A DNA stretch of 64,000 bases. Source: Spirochaetales bacterium (GTDB taxonomy: Bacteria; Spirochaetota; Spirochaetia; JABEVK01). The stretch covers positions 1-64,000 of the forward strand of contig JBAXAI010000002.1 of NCBI GenBank assembly GCA_037142615.1. The letters are read 5' to 3'. Shown piece after piece: positions 18,555 to 27,022 of the stretch. Position numbers and translations under genes: made by a program. The notes beneath the pieces were generated by a model that was not told the origin of the DNA, searched no databases, and saw only the letters and a program-made list of their open reading frames with translations. The first letter of the stretch is position 1. Every line of letters starts with the position of its first letter.

Positions 18555-19544
18555 CTAGAGTAACCCTATTCCCTTGAGGTAGACCTCGGTCACCTGAATC
18601 GAAGAGTGGCCCAGCAACTCCTTCAGGCCGTAGATGTCCTTGCTCCTACGGTAGTGATCAACGGCAAAGAAGTGACGAAGGTCGTGAACAGAGTACGGCG
18701 CGGTGATTGTACCCTTGGCCGCGAGCTTCCCCGTAACGTAGCGGAAACGCGCCGCTAGTGCGCGGCTTGTGGAGGAATCGAACGGGCGCTTCAGGTCTAG
18801 TTCGGCTTCCAAGAGCACCTTCAGTGCTTCTTCTGGCAGTTCGCCTGAAATCAACTTTGCCTTGCTTCGCGCTGGGAACCGTCGGGATCGAATACTCAAC
18901 GATGGTAGCGCCCCAACTCGAAGGCCTCGGTAGGCCATGACAGCAAACGCGGCTCGGTCCGAAGGCGACTCAGTCGCTGCAAGAATCGCTTGGACCTCGT
19001 CCGTCGTAGGAAACTGAACCTCGCGGCTTGCCCGGCGCTCTGGGCGGGCCTTGGTCCCTCGGAAAGGATTCTGTATCTCGTCGAAGCGCCGAGCCAGAAA
19101 GGTGAAGAATGATGACACCCCGGCGACATCCAAGCGAACCGAACCCGGAGCGCGCCCCTGCGTCTGGAGAAAGTAGATGAAGTCGTCAGCATCCTTGGCC
19201 TTCAGTTCCACGACACGAACACCTCGTTTGTCCGACCATGCCTCGACCCGGTCCAGGGCGCGCGAATAGGCTGCCCGCGTGTGGGTGCTTTTCGTTCGGC
19301 TAGCGTTGACCAGGAAGGCCTCCCGCTCAGCCGCATAGTCGATCCGTTCCAGGTCAGCACGCCTCTTCAGGTCACTTGTGAGATTGCCCACCAAGACAGC
19401 TTGGGCGACCCTTTCCAGCTGTTCAGGCGTCAGGTCTGCAAGTTCGGGGGACTCGAAGGCAAGGCGGCGCGCCATGGCTAAAACCGCTTGGTCGCCGGAG
19501 TGCGGGGTAGGGATGTTCAAGTCAAAGTTGGGGTCAATTCTCAT
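18555..19544 (-). CDS. second tyrosine recombinase (Xer/resolvase-like)
   Basis: GLRVG, HDLRH, LGHSS, VYL catalytic motifs; SAM-like N domain; start placed at ATG 19544. Confidence 0.9.
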   Translation of the reverse strand: MRIDPNFDLNIPTPHSGDQAVLAMARRLAFESPELADLTPEQLERVAQAVLVGNLTSDLKRRADLERIDYAAEREAFLVNASRTKSTHTRAAYSRALDRVEAWSDKRGVRVVELKAKDADDFIYFLQTQGRAPGSVRLDVAGVSSFFTFLARRFDEIQNPFRGTKARPERRASREVQFPTTDEVQAILAATESPSDRAAFAVMAYRGLRVGALPSLSIRSRRFPARSKAKLISGELPEEALKVLLEAELDLKRPFDSSTSRALAARFRYVTGKLAAKGTITAPYSVHDLRHFFAVDHYRRSKDIYGLKELLGHSSIQVTEVYLKGIGLL

Positions 19545-19573
19545 GTCTGACATTATATATGATTATGTCAGAA
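19545..19573. promoter_or_regulatory. dif/res-like recombination site overlapping the recombinase -10 box
   Basis: GTCTGACATTA-TATATGA-TTATGTCAGAA; perfect 8-bp inverted repeat TCTGACAT/ATGTCAGA; TATAAT on the minus strand at 19552-19557. Confidence 0.7.
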
Positions 19574-19820
19574 TATCTGACTCCTGAGTGAAACAAAAAG
19601 CAAAGTGCCGGACATGCCTGCATGCTCGAACGGGGTTTCAACCCAACCCGCAGCAAATGCAGGTTCCAATCGCGGGGAAACTACGGCCCCAGCCACCGGC
19701 TATTGCGACCCGGTGACATTGGTTTCAGTCCAACTCGCCACCCCGCACGACAGGCAGAGCGATTGTGCATCAATAATGCACTTTTTGGGGTGATCATTCC
19801 TCATGCAGCTCCCGAGTCTC

Positions 19821-19866
19821 GATGACAAAATGTCGTCTTGACAAATGTCGAAGTTCAACACATAAT
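19821..19866 (+). promoter_or_regulatory. sigma70 promoter with overlapping GACA-N2/3-TGTC operator-like palindromes
   Basis: TTGACA 19838-19843, 17 bp, CATAAT 19861-19866; GATGACAAAATGTCGTC at 19821-19837 and TGACAAATGTCG at 19839-19850. Confidence 0.6.
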
Positions 19867-20056
19867 TATATACAGGATATAGAAATAATAGGCTATTTGG
19901 TAGTGCTATTTTTGGCGCTAATTTCTTTGCGTATGGGGGCAGCAAAATGCTGGGCAATTTCATGAGCTGTACTTTGGGCGGTTTTTCTCCACGGAAAAAC
20001 CGCAGTCCAGTAATCCTGCTAGGGGTCAACCGGTTGTTTTTGGTGGAGGTAACTGA

Positions 20057-20341
20057 ATGAAGTCTCAACGGTTTGTTGACACCTAATATTCAAGTCACGC
20101 GATCGACAGGGGATTGGAACGCGGGATTGGACCCAACGACGTCCAGAGCATCCTAAACTACGGGCAACGACGACGGGTCTTTGGAGACAGGGAAATCTGC
20201 CGAATTGAACCGAATCCGTTTCTCAACCTCAAGAGGCCAGATCTTGCACGACTTTCTGATATTGTCGTCGTGCTCGCTCCAGACAGCAGCGTCATCACGG
20301 TCCAGCGAGCCGACCACCGATTCGTTGAGTTTGCCCTCTGA
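20057..20341 (+). pseudogene. DUF4258-like small protein gene with in-frame TAA at codon 10
   Basis: GGAGG RBS, ATG 20057, TAA 20084-20086, then in-frame YSSHAIDRGLERGI..DV..IL.YG ... VITV. Confidence 0.6.
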
Positions 20342-20403
20342 ATGCTGAGGCGTTTGATGTCGGTACTCATACACTTTTCATTCAATGCAGCGATAATGGT
20401 CAG

Positions 20404-23400
20404 ATGATGTCCAACCTGGATGTGTTCCTGACCCAGAATGAGGAGCGACTCTGGAGGGTCTATGAAGCCTCGCCGAGTCGAATCCGAGAGGACTTCGGTC
20501 GAGAGGAGACAGTGCTTGCCGGTGGCTATGGCTATCGGCAGGTCCTGGAGTTGGTACAGAACGGAGCCGACGCAGTACTTCAGTCTGCACATGACGGAGC
20601 TCAAAGTTCCAGTACTTCCCGACTGAGAGTCCTGCTGACAGGACAATACCTGTACGTTGCCAATACTGGTGCACCACTAACCGAGGAAGGACTTGAGAGC
20701 CTGCTTGCATCGGATATTTCTCCGAAGCGCGACAACCAGATTGGTCGCTTCGGACTGGGTTTCAAGTCTCTACTCGCACTTGGCGGTCGCGTGGATATCT
20801 TCACGAGTGATCGGGGAACCATCCATTTCGACCCAGCGAGATGCCGAAAAACTATTGCTGCCAGATTCGGTGTAGAAGCGGCACCGGGAATGAGACTCGC
20901 CTGGTTTGGCCCTGCCGCAGATACTTCTGATCCAAACCTGGCCACAATGACTTGGGCGGAAACTGTCGTTCGGGCGGAAGTTGGTAACGCTACGACCTTC
21001 GGCCGCCTCAAGAATGAGATCGAAGAGTTCCCCGCTGAGTTTCTCCTGTTCTTCGAGAGTCCGTTGACGATCGATTTGGAGATCGAAGGAGAGACTCCCA
21101 ATCTGCTGAGCGTTGAGAGATTCGGGAACCGACGGACACTTCATCACGAAAGCAAGTCATCAGAGTGGTGGGTTTTCGATAAGGTCATTACAGTCACTGA
21201 CAAGGCGGCACAAGAAGATGCGAGAGGGATTCACCGTCGCGACAAGGTCCCGATTTCATGGGCCGTTCCGGAAGCCCGGGGACGTGACTCGCGGGGCCAC
21301 TTCTGGGCGTTCTTCCCAACGAAGACACCAACCCAAATTTCTGGAGTCCTCAATGCCCCCTGGAAACTGAACTCAGACCGGAACTCGATTGTCTCGGGTG
21401 ACTGGAATACCCTGCTCATGGCTGAAGCCGCTAAACTGATTGTCGACTCGTACCCCTACTTGTGTACTGTCGATGACCCCGCCCGCGCACTGGATTCGTT
21501 TCCCAACGCTGACGTTGGCCACGACGACCTCGCTCTACCGCTTGTGACGGAAGTCTGGGCCAAGATTGCAAGTGAAAGGACGATACCCGATGGAATTGGG
21601 AAACTACGAGACCCTTCGAACCTTTTGCTTTTTCCCGCTCTGAAGGAGGGCGCTGGAATTCTGCCCGTTCCAGTACTTTCTAGCTGGTGTGAGCTGGTAA
21701 CGAGGGACGAACGAGAACGCTATGCGCACCCGATGTGTTACAGAGGTGTTCGCTGGAGCAAACTTCGGCTCTTGAGGCAGAAATTGTCCGCAGATCATCC
21801 CGGCTCCCTTGCGAGCCCGACACTGGTGCAGTGGGCAGAATTGAAATCGGTTGAGATCGAACAATTCGGTCACGTTAACCTGGCGTTTCTCCGCTCCCTT
21901 TTGGAGGTACTTGAAGGGCCAGCAAGTAAGGACTTGCTTCAGAACGCAAGACTGGTACCCGACGCGAGTGGGGTCAGGCGACGTTCCACCGAGCTCGTAC
22001 TCGCGGATCAGGGAAAACTGCCGGAAGGCTACTTCGGAGTACTTCCTTCGTTACTAACCTCACCCGACTGCGTTAGGATAATGGCCGATGTTCTCGACAT
22101 CCAGTACCCCGGGCCTGAGCTGCAACTCAAACAAATTGAGATTCTGCGCAAGCAAGGCCAATGGACGAAGTTCTGGGAGGCCTTTTCCGACTTACCTGCA
22201 ACCTATCAGAGTTCTTACCTCGAAAGCGACGGTGTTCTGGTAAAGGTGCCCGACCGAGTCGGTACTTGGCGTTGGCCGGACGACGTTTTGCTTCCCGGGG
22301 CGGTCGTACAGGACGTAGACGAGAACGCTTCGGTACTCGTCGATGCCATTTTCGCTCGCAAATACGAAAGGATACTTAAGAGGGTTGGACTGACAAATGA
22401 CCACAGATTTGACGAGCTCAGCTACTTCAGCCCTACTGAACTCAAACGTTCTGAGGTCCTCAAGGACTGGGAAGGAGAATGCGGTGCCCTATACCGAAGT
22501 ACCTATAAGAACTTCGTGCACAACTACTACGTAAGGCAATTTGCACTTCCGCGTGGTTGGCATTTACTTGAAAGATGCGGAGCCGATGCCACGCGACGCC
22601 TAACTTCAATCATGCTGACTCTTGTTGCCAAGAAGCTGATTCCAGGGTCAGTGGGCTTCAAACCAGCCGGAGGGGCATACCCCGAACTAACCGTACCTCA
22701 TCCGATTGTGTCGCTGTTGATGCGGTGTGGACGGGTGATGGTTACTGGAGTCGACTTGTCGCTGAGGTTAGCCGTAGCGCGAATCGAAGTACTTAGGATC
22801 GTGGAGCTTGCACCGCCCGAGCTTGGAGGACTCGAAGCCTCCTGGCTCGGGCTGGACTTCAAATTGTTTGACGTTAGCCAGGCTGAGTTCCTTCCACTTT
22901 GGAAGGCAATCGCCAAAACCCCACCTTCGGAACGCTTCCACCTTTCTAGCGCGAGCCCTACAGTCTGGTCCCAAGCAGCGGCTGACGGTTACGTTCCAGA
23001 AGCGCTACCTTTTCGCGGAACAGAGGTTCCGATGACTCAAATTTTGGTGACCTCGAACTTGGATGCCGCTAAACACAGCTACAGTTTGCCACGGCTCGTA
23101 GTCCACCTCAGCGAGGACACTCTACCAATTTGGACTGCGAAAGGTGCTACGCGGCTAGAAGAAGTGCAGAAACCCCTCTGGAAAAATGTAGTCGGCCCCA
23201 CAATGAAACTTCTCGAAGTTTACCCCGAACTTGGGGACTTCCTCGCAGAGGAGAGTGCCGATGGTTTGCTCTACAAACCAGTTGAAGGCCTCATGCTCTC
23301 CCTTGCAGGTCAGAATTCTCCAGTTCCAGTGGCATTTGAGGATCAAACCACTCTGGTGGACCTCAAGCAATGCGAAGTTCTGGGTGCAAGAGAATTGCTG

Positions 23401-25050
23401 GTCTTGATCGTGGAGCTTCTCGACGGCTTGGGATGGTTCACTGAGGACGCCCGGACCATCCTCGACAAGGTTGCCAATTCTCGTCAGCTGGCCTTTTTCG
23501 AACGCCTTTCGTCAGCTCGTACCTTGGCAGAGCGACTGCTCCTTCTTGTTCACGGCAAACCAGAATGTCTTGGCATTCTTCTTTCACGAACTCTGCCACC
23601 AAATCTCGTTGAACGAGTTTCGACACTGGAACGGGCCCAATTGTTCCTGGCACTCCATGGGCCAAATGCCCTCAGGGAACTGAGCGAGTACATTGAGGTT
23701 CCCGGAGTCGACGTTCCCACGAGGTGGGCTGGCGCAAGAGCGCGAAGTTTTGTTTCGACTCTTGGATTCCCTGAAGTCTTCGGCGCAGCCCGGGCCGGAA
23801 GGCGTGAACCCGAAATCCTCGTAGAAGGTCCTTACGACCTGCCTCCGTTGCACGACTATCAGAACGAAATTCTGGATACGCTCACTTCAGAAGAGTTCAT
23901 GGGCAAGAGAAACGCTCGCGCAATAGTGTCGCTTCCCACAGGCGGTGGCAAGACGAGAGTTGTGGTCCAGCTTGCCGTACAGTCGTATCTCCACCAAAAG
24001 AGACCGGACCGCACAGTACTGTGGATTGCTCAGAGCGACGAGCTGTGCGAGCAGGCAACTGAGTCCTTTGCCCAAATCTGGTCAAAGAATGGCAGTCCCG
24101 AGTCCCTCCGAGTGTGTCGACTTTGGGGCTCCCAGGATTCCCCGCGCCGTTCGGATTCGAGTCGCCCAACAGTTGTTGTCGCGTCCATTCAGACTTTGAA
24201 TGTCCGCCTGGATGACGAAGAACTTGGCTGGCTTAAGTCACCAGGCCTAGTGGTCGTCGACGAGTGCCATAGGGCAGTTTCAAGCTCGTACACGAGGCTC
24301 TTGAGGTGGCTTGACGGCTCTAAAGGTCCAACGATTCTCGGCCTAAGCGCTACTCCCTTTCGAAGTGACCCCGAAGAGTCAAAATGGCTAGCAAATCGCT
24401 TTGGCAAGAGGATAATCCCCGGGGACCAGGAGGGACTACACCAGCGGCTACTTAGGATGGGCGCGCTGGCCTCGACGGAGTACCTCGAGTTGCAGACTGA
24501 GAGTCAGCTCACTGAAGAAGAAGCTCGTTCACTCGGCACAGTTGACTGGAATAACCGGGGTATCGAACTGGAACGGATTTCTGACCAGATCAACACGAGG
24601 CTGGCGGTTGACCCTGACAGGAATGAGCTGATCGTCGCGTCGATAGAGCGCGCTCAGGGGAAGTCGACGCTTGTGTTCGCCAACTCCGTTCCGCATGCCA
24701 TGGAACTCGCGGCTCTGCTCACGCTGAGGGGCGTCAATGCCGCCTCCATTTCTGCCGATACCCCCAGTCAGGCAAGAAGGTACTTCCTCGACGAGTTTCG
24801 CTCGGGCAGAATCCAGGTGCTCTGCAACTATGACGTGCTGTCAACTGGCTTTGACGCGCCCAAGACCGACCTCGTAGTGATCTCCCGCCAGGTATTCAGT
24901 CCCGTGCGCTACCAGCAGATGGTTGGGCGAGGCCTTCGGGGACCGAAGAATGGTGGCAAGGAGGTCTGCCGTGTCGTCACCCTCGTTGACAACCTTGGAA
25001 GGTTCTCTGAGAAGTTGGCCTACCACTACTGGAGACGATTTTACGTGTAG
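20404..25050 (+). CDS. sacsin-like GHKL ATPase fused to a C-terminal DEAD/DEAH SF2 helicase (1548 aa)
   Basis: N-terminal ELVQNGADA, VANTGAPL, IGRFGLGFKS; C-terminal LPTGGGKT, DECH, SATP, TGFDAP, QMVGRGLRG. Confidence 0.9.
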   Translation: MMSNLDVFLTQNEERLWRVYEASPSRIREDFGREETVLAGGYGYRQVLELVQNGADAVLQSAHDGAQSSSTSRLRVLLTGQYLYVANTGAPLTEEGLESLLASDISPKRDNQIGRFGLGFKSLLALGGRVDIFTSDRGTIHFDPARCRKTIAARFGVEAAPGMRLAWFGPAADTSDPNLATMTWAETVVRAEVGNATTFGRLKNEIEEFPAEFLLFFESPLTIDLEIEGETPNLLSVERFGNRRTLHHESKSSEWWVFDKVITVTDKAAQEDARGIHRRDKVPISWAVPEARGRDSRGHFWAFFPTKTPTQISGVLNAPWKLNSDRNSIVSGDWNTLLMAEAAKLIVDSYPYLCTVDDPARALDSFPNADVGHDDLALPLVTEVWAKIASERTIPDGIGKLRDPSNLLLFPALKEGAGILPVPVLSSWCELVTRDERERYAHPMCYRGVRWSKLRLLRQKLSADHPGSLASPTLVQWAELKSVEIEQFGHVNLAFLRSLLEVLEGPASKDLLQNARLVPDASGVRRRSTELVLADQGKLPEGYFGVLPSLLTSPDCVRIMADVLDIQYPGPELQLKQIEILRKQGQWTKFWEAFSDLPATYQSSYLESDGVLVKVPDRVGTWRWPDDVLLPGAVVQDVDENASVLVDAIFARKYERILKRVGLTNDHRFDELSYFSPTELKRSEVLKDWEGECGALYRSTYKNFVHNYYVRQFALPRGWHLLERCGADATRRLTSIMLTLVAKKLIPGSVGFKPAGGAYPELTVPHPIVSLLMRCGRVMVTGVDLSLRLAVARIEVLRIVELAPPELGGLEASWLGLDFKLFDVSQAEFLPLWKAIAKTPPSERFHLSSASPTVWSQAAADGYVPEALPFRGTEVPMTQILVTSNLDAAKHSYSLPRLVVHLSEDTLPIWTAKGATRLEEVQKPLWKNVVGPTMKLLEVYPELGDFLAEESADGLLYKPVEGLMLSLAGQNSPVPVAFEDQTTLVDLKQCEVLGARELLVLIVELLDGLGWFTEDARTILDKVANSRQLAFFERLSSARTLAERLLLLVHGKPECLGILLSRTLPPNLVERVSTLERAQLFLALHGPNALRELSEYIEVPGVDVPTRWAGARARSFVSTLGFPEVFGAARAGRREPEILVEGPYDLPPLHDYQNEILDTLTSEEFMGKRNARAIVSLPTGGGKTRVVVQLAVQSYLHQKRPDRTVLWIAQSDELCEQATESFAQIWSKNGSPESLRVCRLWGSQDSPRRSDSSRPTVVVASIQTLNVRLDDEELGWLKSPGLVVVDECHRAVSSSYTRLLRWLDGSKGPTILGLSATPFRSDPEESKWLANRFGKRIIPGDQEGLHQRLLRMGALASTEYLELQTESQLTEEEARSLGTVDWNNRGIELERISDQINTRLAVDPDRNELIVASIERAQGKSTLVFANSVPHAMELAALLTLRGVNAASISADTPSQARRYFLDEFRSGRIQVLCNYDVLSTGFDAPKTDLVVISRQVFSPVRYQQMVGRGLRGPKNGGKEVCRVVTLVDNLGRFSEKLAYHYWRRFYV

Positions 25051-25169
25051 TGTGAAAAGCTTTGGTGTGTACCAAGTGGTTCACAGTGGAAAACTGGAGT
25101 GCACTCTTTCGCTGTACTCAAGGTACGATTTCTCGAACCTGAATATTCACTTGAAGAGGTCCTCCTGCG

Positions 25170-26021
25170 GTGACTCCTGAACCTAACCTAGACATTGATA
25201 CCTACAACGTGAAGTTCGCGCAATTGCGTACAAGATCCCTGGAGCTGGCCAGATGTGTTGTTCCAATCTTTGTGCAGACCGGGCTCACGTTCAGCTACAT
25301 TGGGAGCTCAATATACGTGAGAGTTGGCGATACTGAGTGGCTAGTCTCCGCTGGTCACGTATTTTCGGAATTGGGAGGGAAGGCGGTCGCCTGCCCCCAA
25401 AGCTATGAACTCATGATGCAGATATCAACTGACAAGTTCATGATATCTAGGATCGCGATTGCGGACGTCGGAGTTTGTAGACTCTTGAGCGAATTGCCAT
25501 TCTATCGTCCTGTCGACCTCTTTTCGATTCGAGGCTTCGAGCCAAGTTCGAAGTTGTTGTACTTGTTCGCGGGATTTCCTGGAAGTCGAACAAAGACCCG
25601 TGTCGCGAATATTCGGTCGGAGCTCATGGTCTACATCTCTGAAGAGAGCAACCTTGACTATTACGACTTCCTTTCAGTTGAGCGGAAGTCATCTTTGCTC
25701 TTTGACTTTGGGAAGGACGTTGCCTATGGAATGGATATCAAGAAGATTACCTTTCCCGACCTATTCGGGATGTCTGGCGGTGCAGTCTTCTATTTCGTTC
25801 CGGAGTTTGCTCGTAATTTCACCTTGGGCGGAATCATTACGCATTGGCACCAAGGGAAGAACGAGTGTGTTCAAGCGCTCAACATTGAATACGCAATGTC
25901 GATGATCCTAGAACAAGAGATTACTGGATTTCCGGAACTTCGGTTGAACTACCTGAAGATGATCCGAAGCTCACCCCCCCAACCGAGCACGCTGAGTACC
26001 ATTGAACCAAGCAAAGGGTAA
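25170..26021 (+). CDS. trypsin-like serine protease domain protein
   Basis: Catalytic triad contexts VSAGHV, ADVG, GMSGGAV; no signal peptide. Confidence 0.75.
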   Translation: MTPEPNLDIDTYNVKFAQLRTRSLELARCVVPIFVQTGLTFSYIGSSIYVRVGDTEWLVSAGHVFSELGGKAVACPQSYELMMQISTDKFMISRIAIADVGVCRLLSELPFYRPVDLFSIRGFEPSSKLLYLFAGFPGSRTKTRVANIRSELMVYISEESNLDYYDFLSVERKSSLLFDFGKDVAYGMDIKKITFPDLFGMSGGAVFYFVPEFARNFTLGGIITHWHQGKNECVQALNIEYAMSMILEQEITGFPELRLNYLKMIRSSPPQPSTLSTIEPSKG

Positions 26022-26036
26022 GGAAGTTGGACAGCG

Positions 26037-26330
26037 TTAGGCCATGGCGGGCGTTTTGGCCTCAACCCGTAGAGTCAGCCCCATGGCGTCCAGTGCCTGG
26101 AACACCGTAGCAAACCCCGGATTCCCGACTTCCGAGAGTGCCTTGTAGAGGCTCTCGCGGCCGATACCTGACTTGCGGGCGAGCTCGGTCATGCCCTTCG
26201 ATCGGGCAACCGTACCAAGGGCCTTGATGAAGAACTGTGGGTCATCCTCCTCAAGTGCGGCTTCGAGATAGGCGACCACGTCGGCCTGGTCTTCCAGGTA
26301 TTCGGCTGCGTCAAACTTAGCTGCTTTCAT
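26037..26330 (-). CDS. addiction-module antitoxin (HI1420-type HTH)
   Basis: FDAAEYL..YLEAALEE.DP..ALGTVARSKGMTELA..GIGRESLYKALS..GNP; start ATG 26330. Confidence 0.92.
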   Translation of the reverse strand: MKAAKFDAAEYLEDQADVVAYLEAALEEDDPQFFIKALGTVARSKGMTELARKSGIGRESLYKALSEVGNPGFATVFQALDAMGLTLRVEAKTPAMA

Positions 26331-26646
26331 GCCAGTCTCCTTCCTCGTCCTGCTCAATCTCCAACCGCGCTGCGAGAGCCTTGGCTCGTTCAATGTCTGC
26401 TGACTGCGTGCTCTTGTCGCCGCCACCCAGCAGGACGTAGACCTTTCCGAACTTCTCGACGAAGTAGACTCTGAATCCTGGGCCGAAACTGATTCTCAGT
26501 TCTAGAACTCCGGCTCCGACGGCCTTGCAGTCCCCTGGGTTTCCTTCTTCCAACCGTTGAATCCGGACAACGATCTTCTGCTTGGAGACCTTGTCCTTGA
26601 TGGAACGCAGCCAGTCATCGAACTCGCCCAGTCGCAGAATGTACAT
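26317..26646 (-). CDS. RelE/ParE-family toxin (HI1419-type addiction-module killer)
   Basis: FDDWL..RI.RLEEGNPGDCKAVG.GVLELRI.FGPGFRVYF..LLGGGDKSTQ..DI..A; minus-strand TTGACG/TACATT just upstream of ATG 26646. Confidence 0.92.
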   Translation of the reverse strand: MYILRLGEFDDWLRSIKDKVSKQKIVVRIQRLEEGNPGDCKAVGAGVLELRISFGPGFRVYFVEKFGKVYVLLGGGDKSTQSADIERAKALAARLEIEQDEEGDWHESS

Positions 26647-26730
26647 GATCAAATGTATGCCATAGGCTACAGATCGTCAAGGTGTCCGGGTTGGCAGGAC
26701 TTTGGTACCTGGATGATGAACGGTCAGTAG

Positions 26731-26751
26731 TGTCGCACTAAATGTCGCACT
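26731..26751 (+). repeat. putative integrase arm-type sites near attR (TGTCGCACT x2)
   Basis: TGTCGCACT at 26731-26739 and 26743-26751. Confidence 0.7.
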
Positions 26752-26912
26752 TTTTCGGCGAACTTGCCCCAATTTCCGCTTCCCACACCTGATAGTTCCT
26801 GATAGTGTTTGAGGATCGACGTGACAGTAAGGTCTTTCTTAGAAAGAAGATATTGTCTGGTTGTGATGCTTGTTTGAGTCCTGTTGATAGCCCTTGATTT
26901 CGATAGTCCCAG

Positions 26913-26966
26913 GCTTGAGGTGCTGGTGAGCGTAAGCTCGTGAAGGTTCAAGTCCTTTTCGCCGCA
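26913..26966 (+). repeat. attR: displaced 3' half of tRNA-Leu
   Basis: GCTTGAGGTGCTGGTG-AGCGTAAGCT-CGTGAAGGTTCAAGTCCTTTTCGCCGCA matches 985-1038 except in the variable arm. Confidence 0.93.
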
Positions 26967-26980
26967 GTAAGTTAAGCACA

Positions 26981-27008
26981 CAAAAAGCTCCCGTCCGGGA
27001 GCTTTTTG
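26981..27008. terminator. bidirectional intrinsic terminator after the displaced tRNA end
   Basis: CAAAAAGCTCCC-GTCC-GGGAGCTTTTTG perfect 12-bp stem. Confidence 0.85.
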
Positions 27009-27022
27009 CATTTCAAGACGCC

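Larger units (their letters stand above)
985..26966. mobile_element. tRNA-Leu-integrated genomic island (~26 kb) with integrase, xis, rep, resolvase and defence cargo
   Basis: 54-bp direct repeat of the tRNA 3' half at 985-1038 and 26913-26966 (49/54 identical); integrase next to the tRNA; TGTCGCACT pairs at both ends. Confidence 0.92.

Noticed and set aside
26913-26966. Second tRNA-Leu gene
   Set aside because: Lacks the 5' acceptor strand and D arm; it is the attR fragment
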